Assembly (NCBI GenBank): GCA_963830655.1
Contig: CAWHND010000011.1
Span: 28,505-92,504 of the forward strand
Direction: 5' to 3'
Length of the DNA: 64,000 bases
From: an uncultured Actinomycetota bacterium
GTDB taxonomy: Bacteria > Actinomycetota > Actinomycetes > Actinomycetales > Microbacteriaceae
A program made the position numbers and the translations under genes. This document shows, one piece after another, positions 11,016-21,499 of the stretch. The first letter of the stretch is position 1; each line of letters starts with the position of its first letter. Under the pieces are notes generated by a model. It was not told the DNA's origin and searched no databases. It saw nothing but the letters and a program-made list of their open reading frames with translations.

Positions 11016-12125
11016 ATGGAAAACACGGGCACCGACTCCACTGGCACCGACTCCGCTGGCACCGACTCCGCTGGCACGATCCTCGTCACCGGCGGAGCGG
11101 GCTTCATCGGCCGGGCCATCGTCGACGAAGCGCTCCGGCTGGGCTGGTCGGTGCGCGTGCTCGACTCCCTGCGCCGGGACGTGCACGGCGATGAGCAGCC
11201 TCTCCCGGAGGGGGTGGAGCTCGTGCGCGGTGACGTCACATCGCTCGATGACGTCCGCGGTGCGCTGGTCGGTGTCAGTGTGGTCTGCCATCAGGCGGCC
11301 AAGGTGGGCCTCGGTGTGGACTTCTCCGATGCTCCCGATTACGTGGCGAGCAACGTGCTCGGCACCTCTGTCGTCCTCGCCGCCATGACGGAGCTGTCGG
11401 TTGCGCGGCTGGTGATGGCGTCGTCCATGGTCGTCTACGGCGAGGGCCGCTACCGGGGAGCCGGCGGCGCGATCCAGCCACCGCCCCGCCGGGTCGAAGA
11501 TCTCGAGGCTGGTGCCTTCGAGCCGGTCGATCCGGACACCGGACTGCCCCTCGAGCCACTGCTCGTGCACGAGGACGCAGACCTCGACCCGCGGAATGTC
11601 TACGCCGTCACCAAGCTCGCCCAGGAGAACCTGGCCTCCGCATGGACCATCGCGACCGGAGGATCGGCGGCGGCGCTGCGCTACCACAACGTCTACGGGC
11701 CGGGGATGCCGCAGAACACCCCGTACGCCGGGGTGGCCTCGCTCTTCCGCTCAGCGCTGGAGCGGGGCGAGGCGCCTCGGGTCTACGAGGACGGCGGACA
11801 GCGCCGCGATTTCGTGCATGTGCGAGATGTCGCCGGGGCCAACCTCGCCGCGATCGGCTGGACGACGGATCATCCGCGCAGCTTCCGTGCGTTCAACGTC
11901 GGCAGCGGCGTCGTGCACACTGTGGGGGACCTCGCCGATCGGCTGAGCCGCTACACCGGTGGCGCGGCTCCCGTGACGACCGGCCAGTACCGGCTCGGCG
12001 ACGTGCGGCACATCACCGCGTCCTCGGAGCGGATCCGTGCGGAGCTGGGCTGGCGCGCGTCCATCGACTTCGAGGACGGGATGCGCGAGTTCGCCACCGC
12101 TCCGCTGCGAGCAGCAGTGCGCTGA
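11016..12125 (+). CDS. NAD-dependent epimerase/dehydratase
   Basis: ILVTGGAGFIG, YAVTK, RYHNVYGP, QRRDFVHV. Confidence 0.92.
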   Translation: MENTGTDSTGTDSAGTDSAGTILVTGGAGFIGRAIVDEALRLGWSVRVLDSLRRDVHGDEQPLPEGVELVRGDVTSLDDVRGALVGVSVVCHQAAKVGLGVDFSDAPDYVASNVLGTSVVLAAMTELSVARLVMASSMVVYGEGRYRGAGGAIQPPPRRVEDLEAGAFEPVDPDTGLPLEPLLVHEDADLDPRNVYAVTKLAQENLASAWTIATGGSAAALRYHNVYGPGMPQNTPYAGVASLFRSALERGEAPRVYEDGGQRRDFVHVRDVAGANLAAIGWTTDHPRSFRAFNVGSGVVHTVGDLADRLSRYTGGAAPVTTGQYRLGDVRHITASSERIRAELGWRASIDFEDGMREFATAPLRAAVR

Positions 12126-12253
12126 GGGCGATCTCCGGTCTGATGGAATGCACTATTCGAACCGGATTGAATATCGAATACGAATGCGCCGTATCGCTCG
12201 TGAATAGGCGGCGTCGGATTCCTTCGGCGGTGGTATTGGCTTGGGGGGTGTGA

Positions 12254-12289
12254 GAAAGGGGACCCGCCTGGTGGCGGATCCCCTTTTTC
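12254..12289. terminator. Intrinsic, probably bidirectional, terminator
   Basis: gaaaggggacccgcc-tggt-ggcggatccccttttt between convergent genes. Confidence 0.75.
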
Positions 12290-12327
12290 GTTGATCCAGA
12301 CTTGGCTGGATCGCCAGCTGTCAGCGG

Positions 12328-13032
12328 TTAGCTGGCGGCCTTGGCGGTGATCTTCGCGATGCCGACCAGGAAGTCATCCGGGACGGCTCCGGGAGCACCG
12401 AAGGTGTCATTCAGCAGCGCAGCAGCGTCAGCCGAGACCAGCACGCGGGTGCCCTCGAGCACGGCGTTGCCATCAGCGTCGGTCGCCAGCGGCTTGAGGG
12501 TGGTTCCATCCAGGTTGAAGATGAAGATGTTCTTGCCCACCTCAGCACCATTGGCCGTGACCGTGCCGGTCAGACGCGAGGTCCCCGGGTCGATGACGAA
12601 GTCGCTCAGGCCCACGACGATCGAGCCGTCAGCGGTGGAGAGCGTGATGCCGGAGCCGGCGTGGTCGATCTCACCCTGGACATACGGGCGGTAGGACTCG
12701 CTCGGGTCGTAGTAGTCCACGTTTCCACCGGTGATCGGGAAGGACAGAACGCCACCCTCGAGAGTCGCGGTGCCGATCAGGCCCGGGGTCAGACCCAGAC
12801 CGGTGATCGCATCCAGGAAGCCCTGGTCCAGGGTGACCTGGGTGGAGACGCCATCAAGCGCCGGGATCGAGGCGACAGGAACCGGGTCGGCCTCAACGGA
12901 CGGAGCCGCAGAAGAAGAGGTACCAGCCGAGGAGCTCGTGTCAGTACCGGTGGACGTGGAGCAGGCAGCCAGACCGACCAGCATGACGCCAGCAGCGGCG
13001 ATACCAATCGTGCTCTTGTAGAACTTACGCAT
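12328..13032 (-). CDS. Uncharacterised lipoprotein
   Basis: MRKFYKS...VGLAAC lipobox, Ser/Thr linker, beta-rich mature domain. Confidence 0.85.
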   Translation of the reverse strand: MRKFYKSTIGIAAAGVMLVGLAACSTSTGTDTSSSAGTSSSAAPSVEADPVPVASIPALDGVSTQVTLDQGFLDAITGLGLTPGLIGTATLEGGVLSFPITGGNVDYYDPSESYRPYVQGEIDHAGSGITLSTADGSIVVGLSDFVIDPGTSRLTGTVTANGAEVGKNIFIFNLDGTTLKPLATDADGNAVLEGTRVLVSADAAALLNDTFGAPGAVPDDFLVGIAKITAKAAS

Positions 13033-13127
13033 TATCAATCCTTTGTTCACTGTGTGTGGTTTGTTCCGTGCGGGATATCTCATCCCCGACGGAACATTCC
13101 GTTCCGTTCCTTGCGGGACATGATGAA

Positions 13128-13153
13128 TTCGGCACCCCTCCGAAATGGGTTGG
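13128..13153 (-). promoter_or_regulatory. Candidate ECF (SigK-like) promoter
   Basis: Minus strand CCAACC-N15-CCGAA, close to the recalled SigK consensus CCATCC-N15-CCGAA. Confidence 0.45.
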
Positions 13154-13495
13154 GTACGTTCGAGAACTTCCCAGGGTGCTCCCAGAAAACCGACGTGGAC
13201 CTCAGATCCGGTCACCCCGTCGGCCCTGAACAATGACACCGATCCCGCGCACGGGGGCGCTGCGGCATGCCCCCATTACGAGATTTGACCCGAACTGGGG
13301 GCGCCTCTTCGCGCCCCCGTTGATTGCGTCCCTCACAAGAACTGAGGAACGCTCGTTCGAGCGAGCCGAAGGAGATCTCGAAATCTGCGCAGGGTTGCGG
13401 CTTTCAGGTCTCACCCAGGAACGGATCCGAATACAGATCTGCTGGCCTCGCGCGCGCGGCGCGCGTATCAAGAGGGGCGCCCAGGAGGGGGCACT

Positions 13496-14202
13496 ATGTT
13501 GAACTCGATGGAGACAGATCCGGGGGTGGACGTCGTTCTGCCGTGCCTCGACGAGGCCGGCGCTCTGCCGTGGGTCCTCGAGAGGATTCCCGCGGGCTAT
13601 CGCGCCATCGTCGTCGACAACGGTTCGACCGACGATTCCGTCGCGATCGCCCGCTCGTTCGGCGCTCTGGTCGTCGAGGAGCCCCGCAAGGGCTTCGGCT
13701 CGGCCGCTCATGCCGGGCTGCTCGCAGCGACGGCGCCGATCGTCGCATTCTGCGACGCGGACGCCTCGATGGACCCGCAGGAGCTCCCCCGAGTGGTGCG
13801 CCCAGTCCTCACTGGCCGCGTCGATCTGATGCTCGGTCGCCGGAAGGCGACGAGCAGCTCGGCCTGGCCGCTGCACGCTCGGATCGCCAACCTCGAGCTG
13901 GCTCGTCGCCTGCGTCGGCTCACCGGGATCGATGTGCACGACCTGGGTCCGATGCGCGCCGCCTCTCGAACCCGACTGCTCGGTCTCGACCTGCAGGACC
14001 GCCGCAGCGGCTACCCGCTGGAGATGTTCCTGCGGGCCTGGAGCGACGGCTGGAGGATCGAGGAGACGCCCATCGCCTACTCCCCCCGTGTCGGCCGATC
14101 CAAGGTGACCGGGACCGTCCGCGGCACCTATCACGCGGTCAAGACATGTCCGCTCTGCTCAGCTCCATCCGCGCGACCGTCTTGACGGAGACCACCTCAT
14201 GA
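13496..14202 (+). CDS. Glycosyltransferase family 2 (frameshift near 3' end)
   Basis: VVLPCLDEA, VVDNGSTD, FCDADAS, RVGRSKVTG. Confidence 0.9.
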
Positions 14203-14858
14203 CGGATCTCGTGGTCATCGCCAAGGCGTGCATCCCGGGGCGGGTCAAGACCCGGCTGGTGCCTCCCCTCAGTTTCAACAGGCCGCAGAACTGGCCGCGG
14301 CGAGCCTTGCTGACACCCTCACCGCCTTCAGGGGCTCGACGTCGAACGCCGCATCCTCTACTTCGACGGAACCGAGCAGGACGTCCCCGACGAGGCCGAC
14401 GGCTTCGAGGTGGTCCGTCAGGTGGGCGGGGGCCTCGACGCGCGACTCGGTCACATCTTCGACTACTGCCGCGACTCCCCCATGGTCATGGTCGGCATGG
14501 ACACCCCACAGGTGACGACGACCACCTGCAGCCCATGCTCCACGGATCTCGGGCCGGCGCACCGTTCGATGCGTGGTTCGGTCCCGCGCGAGACGGCGGG
14601 TTCTGGGCGCTCGGCATGGCCCAGCCGGATGGATCGCTCATCCGAGGCGTGCCCATGTCGCTGTCCGACACGGACGTCTGCAATACCGCCGGCTGATCTC
14701 GGCCGGTCTGCGTGTTCGACTGCTCGCACCGCTGATCGACGTGGACTATGCCAGCGATGCGATCGATGTTGCCGCAGCTCGCGCCTCGCACCCGGTTCGC
14801 CGCCCGGGTGGATCAGCTGATCAGCCGCGGGCTCGTCGCGGAGTCCGCCGCGAGCTGA
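14199..14858 (+). CDS. DUF2064 / TIGR04282-like transferase (frameshifted)
   Basis: VIAKACIPGRVKTRL, VGMDTPQ, FGPARDGGFWALG. Confidence 0.8.
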
Positions 14859-14886
14859 GACAGGTCCCTGCCGGCCGTCTCCGCGA

Positions 14887-15037
14887 GCTCGGCCGCCTCC
14901 CGTACCAGGCCTGGCCACCTATACGACTAGCTCGGCCACCCTTCCTACCGTCGGTCACCTTTGCCTCCGACTCGGCCACCCTTCCTACCGTCGGCCAGGT
15001 TTGACACCTGGCCCTCGGTAGGAGACGTGGCCGAGCA
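14887..15037. repeat. Solo copy of hairpin repeat family A
   Basis: About 20-bp subunits ctcggccaccctt repeated, closed by inverted gtggccgagca. Confidence 0.85.
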
Positions 15038-15086
15038 GGTACGGCGATCACGAGCACACGGCCAGCGCATCAGCTGGCGAGCGGGA

Positions 15087-15555
15087 TCAGACCGCTGCGC
15101 GCTCGATGGAGTCGTCCACCCGGGGCCGTCCACGTCGGATCAGCACTCCGCTGATGATCGCGGCGGGCACCAGCAGCACGCCCCACATCACCGCGAGCCG
15201 CAGCGCGTAGTCGCCGGTCAGGATCGTCGGATTGGCGGGGCCGCGCAGCTGTCCGGCGATCTCGGGCACCACCATCAGCGTGAGCACCGAGCCGATGACG
15301 ACGGCGATCTGGATCACGACGAGCACCGACCACGGCATCCGCCTGCCCGTGCGCTTCAGCAGCACGTTGGCGAACAGGACGATCGGCGACAGGATTCCGT
15401 CGTGCAGCACGATGGCGCCGAGCATCCAGAGGGCCAGCCCGAACAGCTGGTCGATCCGCTGCGTGGTGACCAGCTGGTACGCCCCTACGAGCATCAGCAG
15501 GATGCCGCCGGCGATGAGCACGCCGCGCGCGGCGACAGTGGATGAGCTGCTGCAT
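15087..15555 (-). CDS. Membrane protein coupled to the Mo-oxidoreductase (frameshifted)
   Basis: About 4 TM segments, IVLHDGILSP, ANPTIL..DY; start overlaps the upstream stop. Confidence 0.75.
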
Positions 15556-16791
15556 CAGATCACCTCCAGGGTGGCGAGCCACTTCGTCTGCAGCACGCCG
15601 GGACGGCCGGGAGCGATGATCCGCGCGGGATAGCCGTGCTCGAGATCGAGATCTTCGCCGTTGAGCTGCAGGGCGACGAGCGTGGTCGGATCCTGCACGA
15701 AGTTGGGGGCCATCGTCGTCTGACGGTACGCGCCCTTCTCCTCGAGGCTCTGGATCCGGACCGAGTTCGCGGCGGTGATGCCGACCGCTCCCATCAGCTC
15801 GCTGAGCCGCACGCCGCGCCACGATGCCATCTGGCTCCAGCCCTCGACGCAGGCGATGGGCAGGTCGACGTCGTACTGCTGCATGGCGGCGAGGTCGGCC
15901 CGGCTCACCGACGACCTCTGGTCGCCGTTGCGGACGGTCAGCGCCCAGTCCGGGTTCATGGCCGACTCGGTGACCTTCGCCTGCTTCGAGGTCCGGTTGA
16001 TGGGCACGCCCTGGGGGCCGGTGCCCTTCTCGCGCGGGCCGAAGGCGTTGCGTGGCGGCCAGCGGCTCGAATGTCTGGCCGACCGTCAGCACGACGGCCG
16101 CAGCGGAGGTGGCGCCGATCGCGCCGAGGAAACCGCGGCGGCTGACCTTCGTCGGGGCGCTGGGCGCGCCGTCGATGTAGGACATGACCCGGCCGGTGAT
16201 GCCCTGGAACGGAGTTGGTGCCGGCTCGGTCACCGGAAGCGACTCGTAGGCCTCGAGCTCGCCGTCGTCGCCATCCGCCGGCTTGCGCCAGTAGCGGCTG
16301 ATGACGGGCAGCTTGACCGCGATGTGGATGGCAAGTGACCCGATGATGACGAAGCTCAGGCCGTAGTGCACCTGCAGGAAGTAGAAGGGAGCGACCAGCG
16401 ATTGATAGGTGTTCAGCAGGCCGATGACGAGCTGCACGATCGAGGCACCGATGAAGATCGCGATCGAGCCGCGCTCGAGGATGGCCAGCTTGTCCTTGAT
16501 CGGCGGGTAGCCGAACAGGTTCGGATAGACCGTCCAGAGCTTGGCGAGGATCAGCGGGATGCTGACGATGCCCGTCGTGACGTGAACGCCCTGGTTGAGC
16601 TGATAGATCCAGTAGGGCTGGTTCGGGAAGAACATCCCGTCTTCGGGGTGCTGGATGAAGTGGCTGTAGAGGCCGGTCCCGAAGCAGAGCAGGAAGGCGA
16701 TGCCGAGCAGCCGGCCGACCACGACCGCCATCCGCGGCGTGCGGGAGGGCGATTCGAGGGCGACGCGCGCGTCATAGAGCAGTCGTCGCAT
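15555..16791 (-). CDS. Molybdopterin-dependent oxidoreductase (sulfite oxidase/MsrP-like) with N-terminal TM domain (frameshifted)
   Basis: LPIACVEGWS, HGYPARIIAPGRPGVLQTKWL; internal SRRGFL twin-arginine-like motif. Confidence 0.85.
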
Positions 16792-16868
16792 GGCTCATCT
16801 CACCACCCATGGGGCGAAATCGGCGCGGATTCGCGCGGCGGCGCGCGGGAAGGATGTTCGGAGCGCCC

Positions 16869-16895
16869 CCATCCGATCGGCGATGCCGCGCCGAA
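16869..16895 (+). promoter_or_regulatory. Candidate ECF (SigK-like) promoter
   Basis: CCATCC-N16-CCGAA about 50 bp upstream of the GT87 start. Confidence 0.45.
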
Positions 16896-16944
16896 CAGCC
16901 TGTGGACGGGCTCTCCGGGTCGAGGTCACGGAAAGGATGGGCAC

Positions 16945-18437
16945 GTGCGCATCGCTCTCACGGTCCTCTCTCTCGGGGCGCTCACCGTGCTCACGGCGAT
17001 CGGCGTGCTGTCCTTCGATTCGTTCGAGAAGGCTCCAGCCGGCGGCTTCTTCTACCGGTCCGACGGGCTGCCTCTGATGCTCTGTGCGGCGGGAGCCTGG
17101 GCGCTGTTCGCGGTCGCACTCGTCGGCCTCCGCCGCGTGCTCTGCACGGGCGGTGCCGTGGTTGGTGTTCGGAGGCGCGATCGCCATCGGATTGGCGGCG
17201 CTGGCCGGCCCGCCCAACACCAGCACCGACTCGGCGCGCTACGCGTGGGACGGCATCGTGCAGAAGGCAGGCGTCTCGCCCTATGAGTACATCCCCGCCG
17301 ACACCGCGCTCGAGGGCCTGAAACCCGACTGGCTGTTCCCTGCAGCGTCGACAGGCGCCGACGGCGGGCGGGAGTGCATCGGCGAGCGGATCGGCACCAT
17401 CGAGTCGGGTCCGAGCGATGGCAGCTCCGATGGTGGGGATGCCGCCGCTGCGGCGAACGGCGCCGACGATCCCGGCGATGTCCGGTGCACAGCGCTCAAT
17501 CGCCCGCTCGTGCCGACGATCTATCCGCCGCTGGCCGAACTGTACTTCCTCGCCGTGCGGCTGTTCGTGCCGTCGGAGGTCGGCTACATCGCCTTCCAGG
17601 TCGGCGGGCCTGCTGGTATCGCTCGGCATCACCGCCGTGCTGCTGCGTGTGCTCCGCCGCAGCGGACGGCCCCTCTGGTGGGCGGCTCTGTGGGCCTGGT
17701 GCCCGCTCGTCGCCTCGGAGGCGGTCACCAACTCCCACGTCGATGTGCTCGGCGCGGGTCTCGCGCTCGTCGCGACGGCGCTGGTGGCCAGCGGGCGACC
17801 GTGGCGGGGAGGCATCGCCCTCGGGCTCGCCATCGCGGCGAAGCTCATCCCCGTCATCGCCGCGCCTGCGCTGATCCGCCGCTCCCCGGCCAAGGTGATC
17901 GGTGCGGCGATCGCCACCTTCGCCCTCCTCTACGTGCCGTATGTGCTGACGACGGGGCTCAAGGTGATCGGCTACCTTCCCGGCTATCTCAGCGAGGAGG
18001 GCTACGAGAACGGCACCCGGTTCGTACTGATTCCCGGCTGGGTGCCGCCGATCCTCGCCGCCGCGATCATCGCCGCGGTCCTCGCGCTCACGGCCGCGAT
18101 AGTGCTGTGGAAGACGCCACCCACCGATCCATGGGTGGGGCAGCTCGTGATGATCGGCGTCACGCTGCTCGCAGTCAGTCCCCGCTACGCCTGGTACGCG
18201 CTGCTGCTCATCCCGTTCATCGCGATGTCGGGTCGCTGGGAATGGTTCGCCGTGGCGCTCGCGCTCACCTTCCGGCTGGTCACTCCCCCGAACGCCGCAT
18301 TCGCGACGGCCCTGATCCTCGCCGCGGTCGTCGTCGCCGTCGGAAGCTGGCTGCGTGCGACGCCGGAGCAGCGCGCCCGACTCCTCCGCCGCGGACCGGG
18401 CCGCCGACCCGGCCGCCGCGACCCCGCACGCCTCTAG
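16945..18437 (+). CDS. GT-C / GT87 (DUF2029-like) membrane glycosyltransferase (frameshifted)
   Basis: STDSARYAWDG, TIYPPLA, WAWCPL, NSHVD, KLIP, many TM segments. Confidence 0.8.
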
Positions 18438-18449
18438 CTGTCGCCAGCC

Positions 18450-18581
18450 TGCACCGATCCGGACAAATTGCACGGATCCGGAGAAATTGCACGGATCCGG
18501 ACCGGATCGCCGATTGCCCCGAATCAGCCGCATGAATCGGCCCACCGATCCGGATCCGCAACAATTCTCCGGATCCGTGCA
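18450..18581. repeat. Hairpin element built of 19-bp subunits
   Basis: tgcacggatccggagaaat three times, then inverted attctccggatccgtgca. Confidence 0.8.
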
Positions 18582-18601
18582 GACCGGTGAGCGGAGAGAA
18601 C

Positions 18602-19531
18602 TCAGTCGCTGAGCAGCCGAGCGCCGACGACCGGACCGGTGACCCGGATGACCTCGAGGCGCGACGCCGACAGGGCGATCTGCAGCGAGATGGCGCTGTC
18701 GAGATCGGAGACGAGGAAGGCGATGGTCGGACCGGAGCCCGAGATGATGCCGGCGAGAGCGCCGTTGCGCTCGCCGATCTCGAGGATCCCGGAAAGCCCC
18801 GGCGCGATGTGCAGCGCCGGCGCCTGGAGGTCGTTGTGCAGGCTCTCGGCGAGCATCTGCGCATCGCCCGCGCGCAGCGCCTGGAGCACGGCCGCGTCGA
18901 CGGTCGGCTTCGTGGTGGCCGGCGCGATGTCGAGGGCATGGCGTTCGCGGTGGCGGTCGAGCTCCTGATACACCCGGGGCGTGCTCATGCCGTACTCGGC
19001 GATGACGAGCACCCAGTGGAACTGGCCCTTCGCCAGCGCGGGACTCAGCTGGTCGCCGCGGCCCGTGCCGATCGCGGTGCCGCCCATCAGCGCGAACGGC
19101 ACATCGGCGCCGAGCTTGGCCGCGAGGGCATGCAGCTCATCCCGGCCGAGATCCGTGCCCCACAGGGCGTCGCAGGCGACGAGCGTGGCGGCCGCGTCGG
19201 CCGATCCCCCGCCCATGCCGCCGGCGATCGGCACGCGCTTGGTGATCTCGAGGTGCACTCCGCCGCGGTATCCGGCCTTGCGGGCGAGCAGCCGCGCCGC
19301 CTTGATGGCGATGTTCGAGCCGTCGGTCTCGAGCGCGGAGGTGTCGATCGGACCGTCGAAGCTCACCGAGAAGTCGGGAGCACTGAACGCGTGCACCTCT
19401 TCGCAGAGCGAGACCGCCTGATAGGCCGTCGCGACGTCGTGGTAGCCGTCGTCGAGGAGGCTGCCGACGCGCATGAACACGTTGACCTTGCCCGGCGCTT
19501 TCGCGTGCACCGGCGATCCCGGGGTGCCCAT
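18602..19531 (-). CDS. ispE: 4-diphosphocytidyl-2C-methyl-D-erythritol kinase
   Basis: [34 protein letters not shown]. Confidence 0.95.
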   Translation of the reverse strand: MGTPGSPVHAKAPGKVNVFMRVGSLLDDGYHDVATAYQAVSLCEEVHAFSAPDFSVSFDGPIDTSALETDGSNIAIKAARLLARKAGYRGGVHLEITKRVPIAGGMGGGSADAAATLVACDALWGTDLGRDELHALAAKLGADVPFALMGGTAIGTGRGDQLSPALAKGQFHWVLVIAEYGMSTPRVYQELDRHRERHALDIAPATTKPTVDAAVLQALRAGDAQMLAESLHNDLQAPALHIAPGLSGILEIGERNGALAGIISGSGPTIAFLVSDLDSAISLQIALSASRLEVIRVTGPVVGARLLSD

Positions 19532-19616
19532 GGGTCCAACCTAGACGACCCGGATGACCTCTCGATGACACCTCCACGGCGGCCCGGCTTCGGCGACAGC
19601 AGCCGGCCCGCTCGGG

Positions 19617-20506
19617 TCAGACGGTCGGCAGCTCCTGCACGGCGCGAGCGATGGCAACGAACTCGTCGAGCGTGAGCTCTTCCCCGCGCCGTGTCTCGGC
19701 GACACCTGCCCTGGTGAGGGCGGCAATTGCCCGGTCGCTGCCGCCGAGCGCCTGGCCGAGGGCCCCGCGCAGCATCTTGCGGCGCTGCTGGAAGGCGGCG
19801 TCGATCAGCCCGAAGGTCGCGCGACGCAGCGCCTCGTCGCCCGGCTGCCTGTCGGCCAGCTCGAAGCCGACGAGCACCGAGTCGACATTCGGCACCGGCC
19901 AGAACACCTGCCTGCTCACCGTTCCTGCGATCCGGAAGGCGCCGTACCAGGCGGCCTTGATGCTCGGCGACCCGTAGATCTTCGATCCGGGGCCCGCGGC
20001 GATGCGCTGGCCGACCTCGGCCTGCACCATCACGACTCCCGATCGGATGGACGGGAAGTGCTCGAGGAAGTGCAGCAGCACGGGCACCGAGACGTTGTAC
20101 GGCAGGTTGGCGACGAGTCGCACCGGCGCGCCAGGCAGCTCGCGCACCTCGAGGGCGTCCGCCTGCATCACGGTGAGCCCGCCGACCCGGTCGCCGGCGA
20201 TCGATCTCCACGGTGCGCGGCAGCTGCGCGGCGAGGCGATCGTCGATCTCGACGGCGACGACATCTGCGCCCGCCTCGAGCAGGCCGAGGGTCAGGGAGC
20301 CGAGGCCCGGGCCGATCTCGACGACCTGCTCGCGCGCCTGCACGCCCGCGATCCGCACGATCCGGCGGACCGTGTTGGCGTCGATGACGAAGTTCTGGCC
20401 GAGCTTCTTCGTCGGCTGGACGCCGAGCAGCTCGGCGAGATCGCGGATCTCGGCGGGTCCGAGCAGACCGGACGGCGGGATGCTCGCCGTCGGCTGAGGC
20501 GTTCAC
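19617..20506 (-). CDS. rsmA: 16S rRNA dimethyladenosine transferase (frameshifted)
   Basis: [37 protein letters not shown]. Confidence 0.93.
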
Positions 20507-20530
20507 GCGAGGCTCGGTGGATGGCGCACG

Positions 20531-21497
20531 TCAGGCCAGCCTGGGCGCATCGCCCGAGTCGGGCCGAGACGGATCGTTCGGCACGGGCGGATCGTCGTCC
20601 CAGGCGCCGTAGACCAGCTCGGTGTTCGACGAGATCTGCGCGGCGAGGATCGACGGATCGCTGCCGAGGTAGCCGGCCATCGCGCGCAGGGTGTGCGGGA
20701 TCAGGTAGGGCGCGTTCGGCCGTCCGCGGAGCGGCTCGGGCGTGAGGAACGGCGCATCGGTCTCGACCAGGATCTGCGATCGGGGCATGACCTCGAGCGC
20801 CTCGCGCAGGTTCTGCGCGTTCTTGAACGTGACGGTGCCGGCGAAGGAGAGGTACCAGCCGTTCTCCGCGAGCGTCGCGCGCCAGTCCGGCGTCGCCGGA
20901 GAAGCAGTGGAACACGGTGCGCTCGGGCGCGCCGACGCGCTTGAGCGTCTCGAGCACCGCGTCGTGGGCGTCGCGGTCGTGGATCTGCATCGCGATCCCG
21001 TGCTTCTTCGCGATGCGCGATGTGCGCCTCGAAGCTCGCGAACTGGGCGGCGCGGCCGCCTCGGCTCGGTGCGGAAGAAGTCGAGCCCGGTCTCGCCGAC
21101 CGCGCGCACGCGCGGCTCGGCGGCGAGCTCGTCGATCACGGCGAGCGCGTCGTCGAGCTCGCCCGGCTGCCGCGTAGCGCGGCGCCTCGTTGGGGTGGAT
21201 GGCGACCGCGGCGAGCATCCGCGGCTCGGATGGCCGCGGTCTCGGCCGACCAGCGGCTGGTCTCGAGGTCGCCGCCGACCTGCACGACGCCGCGCGACGC
21301 CGACGCTCGACGCGCGGTCGAGCTGCTCCGGTCAGTCGAGCGTCGGGGTGCCGCGATCGCCGTCGGCGACTCGAGGTGGGTGTGGTTGTCGTAGACCGGC
21401 GACGGTGAGCGGCCTCGGGCAGCGGCGGGTACTGAGCCGTCGGCTTCTGCGGTCGCGCTTCGGGTCGACTGCTCGGCATGCGCTGCGGGCTGGACAT
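20531..21497 (-). CDS. tatD: TatD-family hydrolase (frameshifted)
   Basis: DNHTHL, AIHPNEA, VGETGLD, IHDRDAH, LVETDAPF. Confidence 0.9.
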
Positions 21498-21499
21498 GC

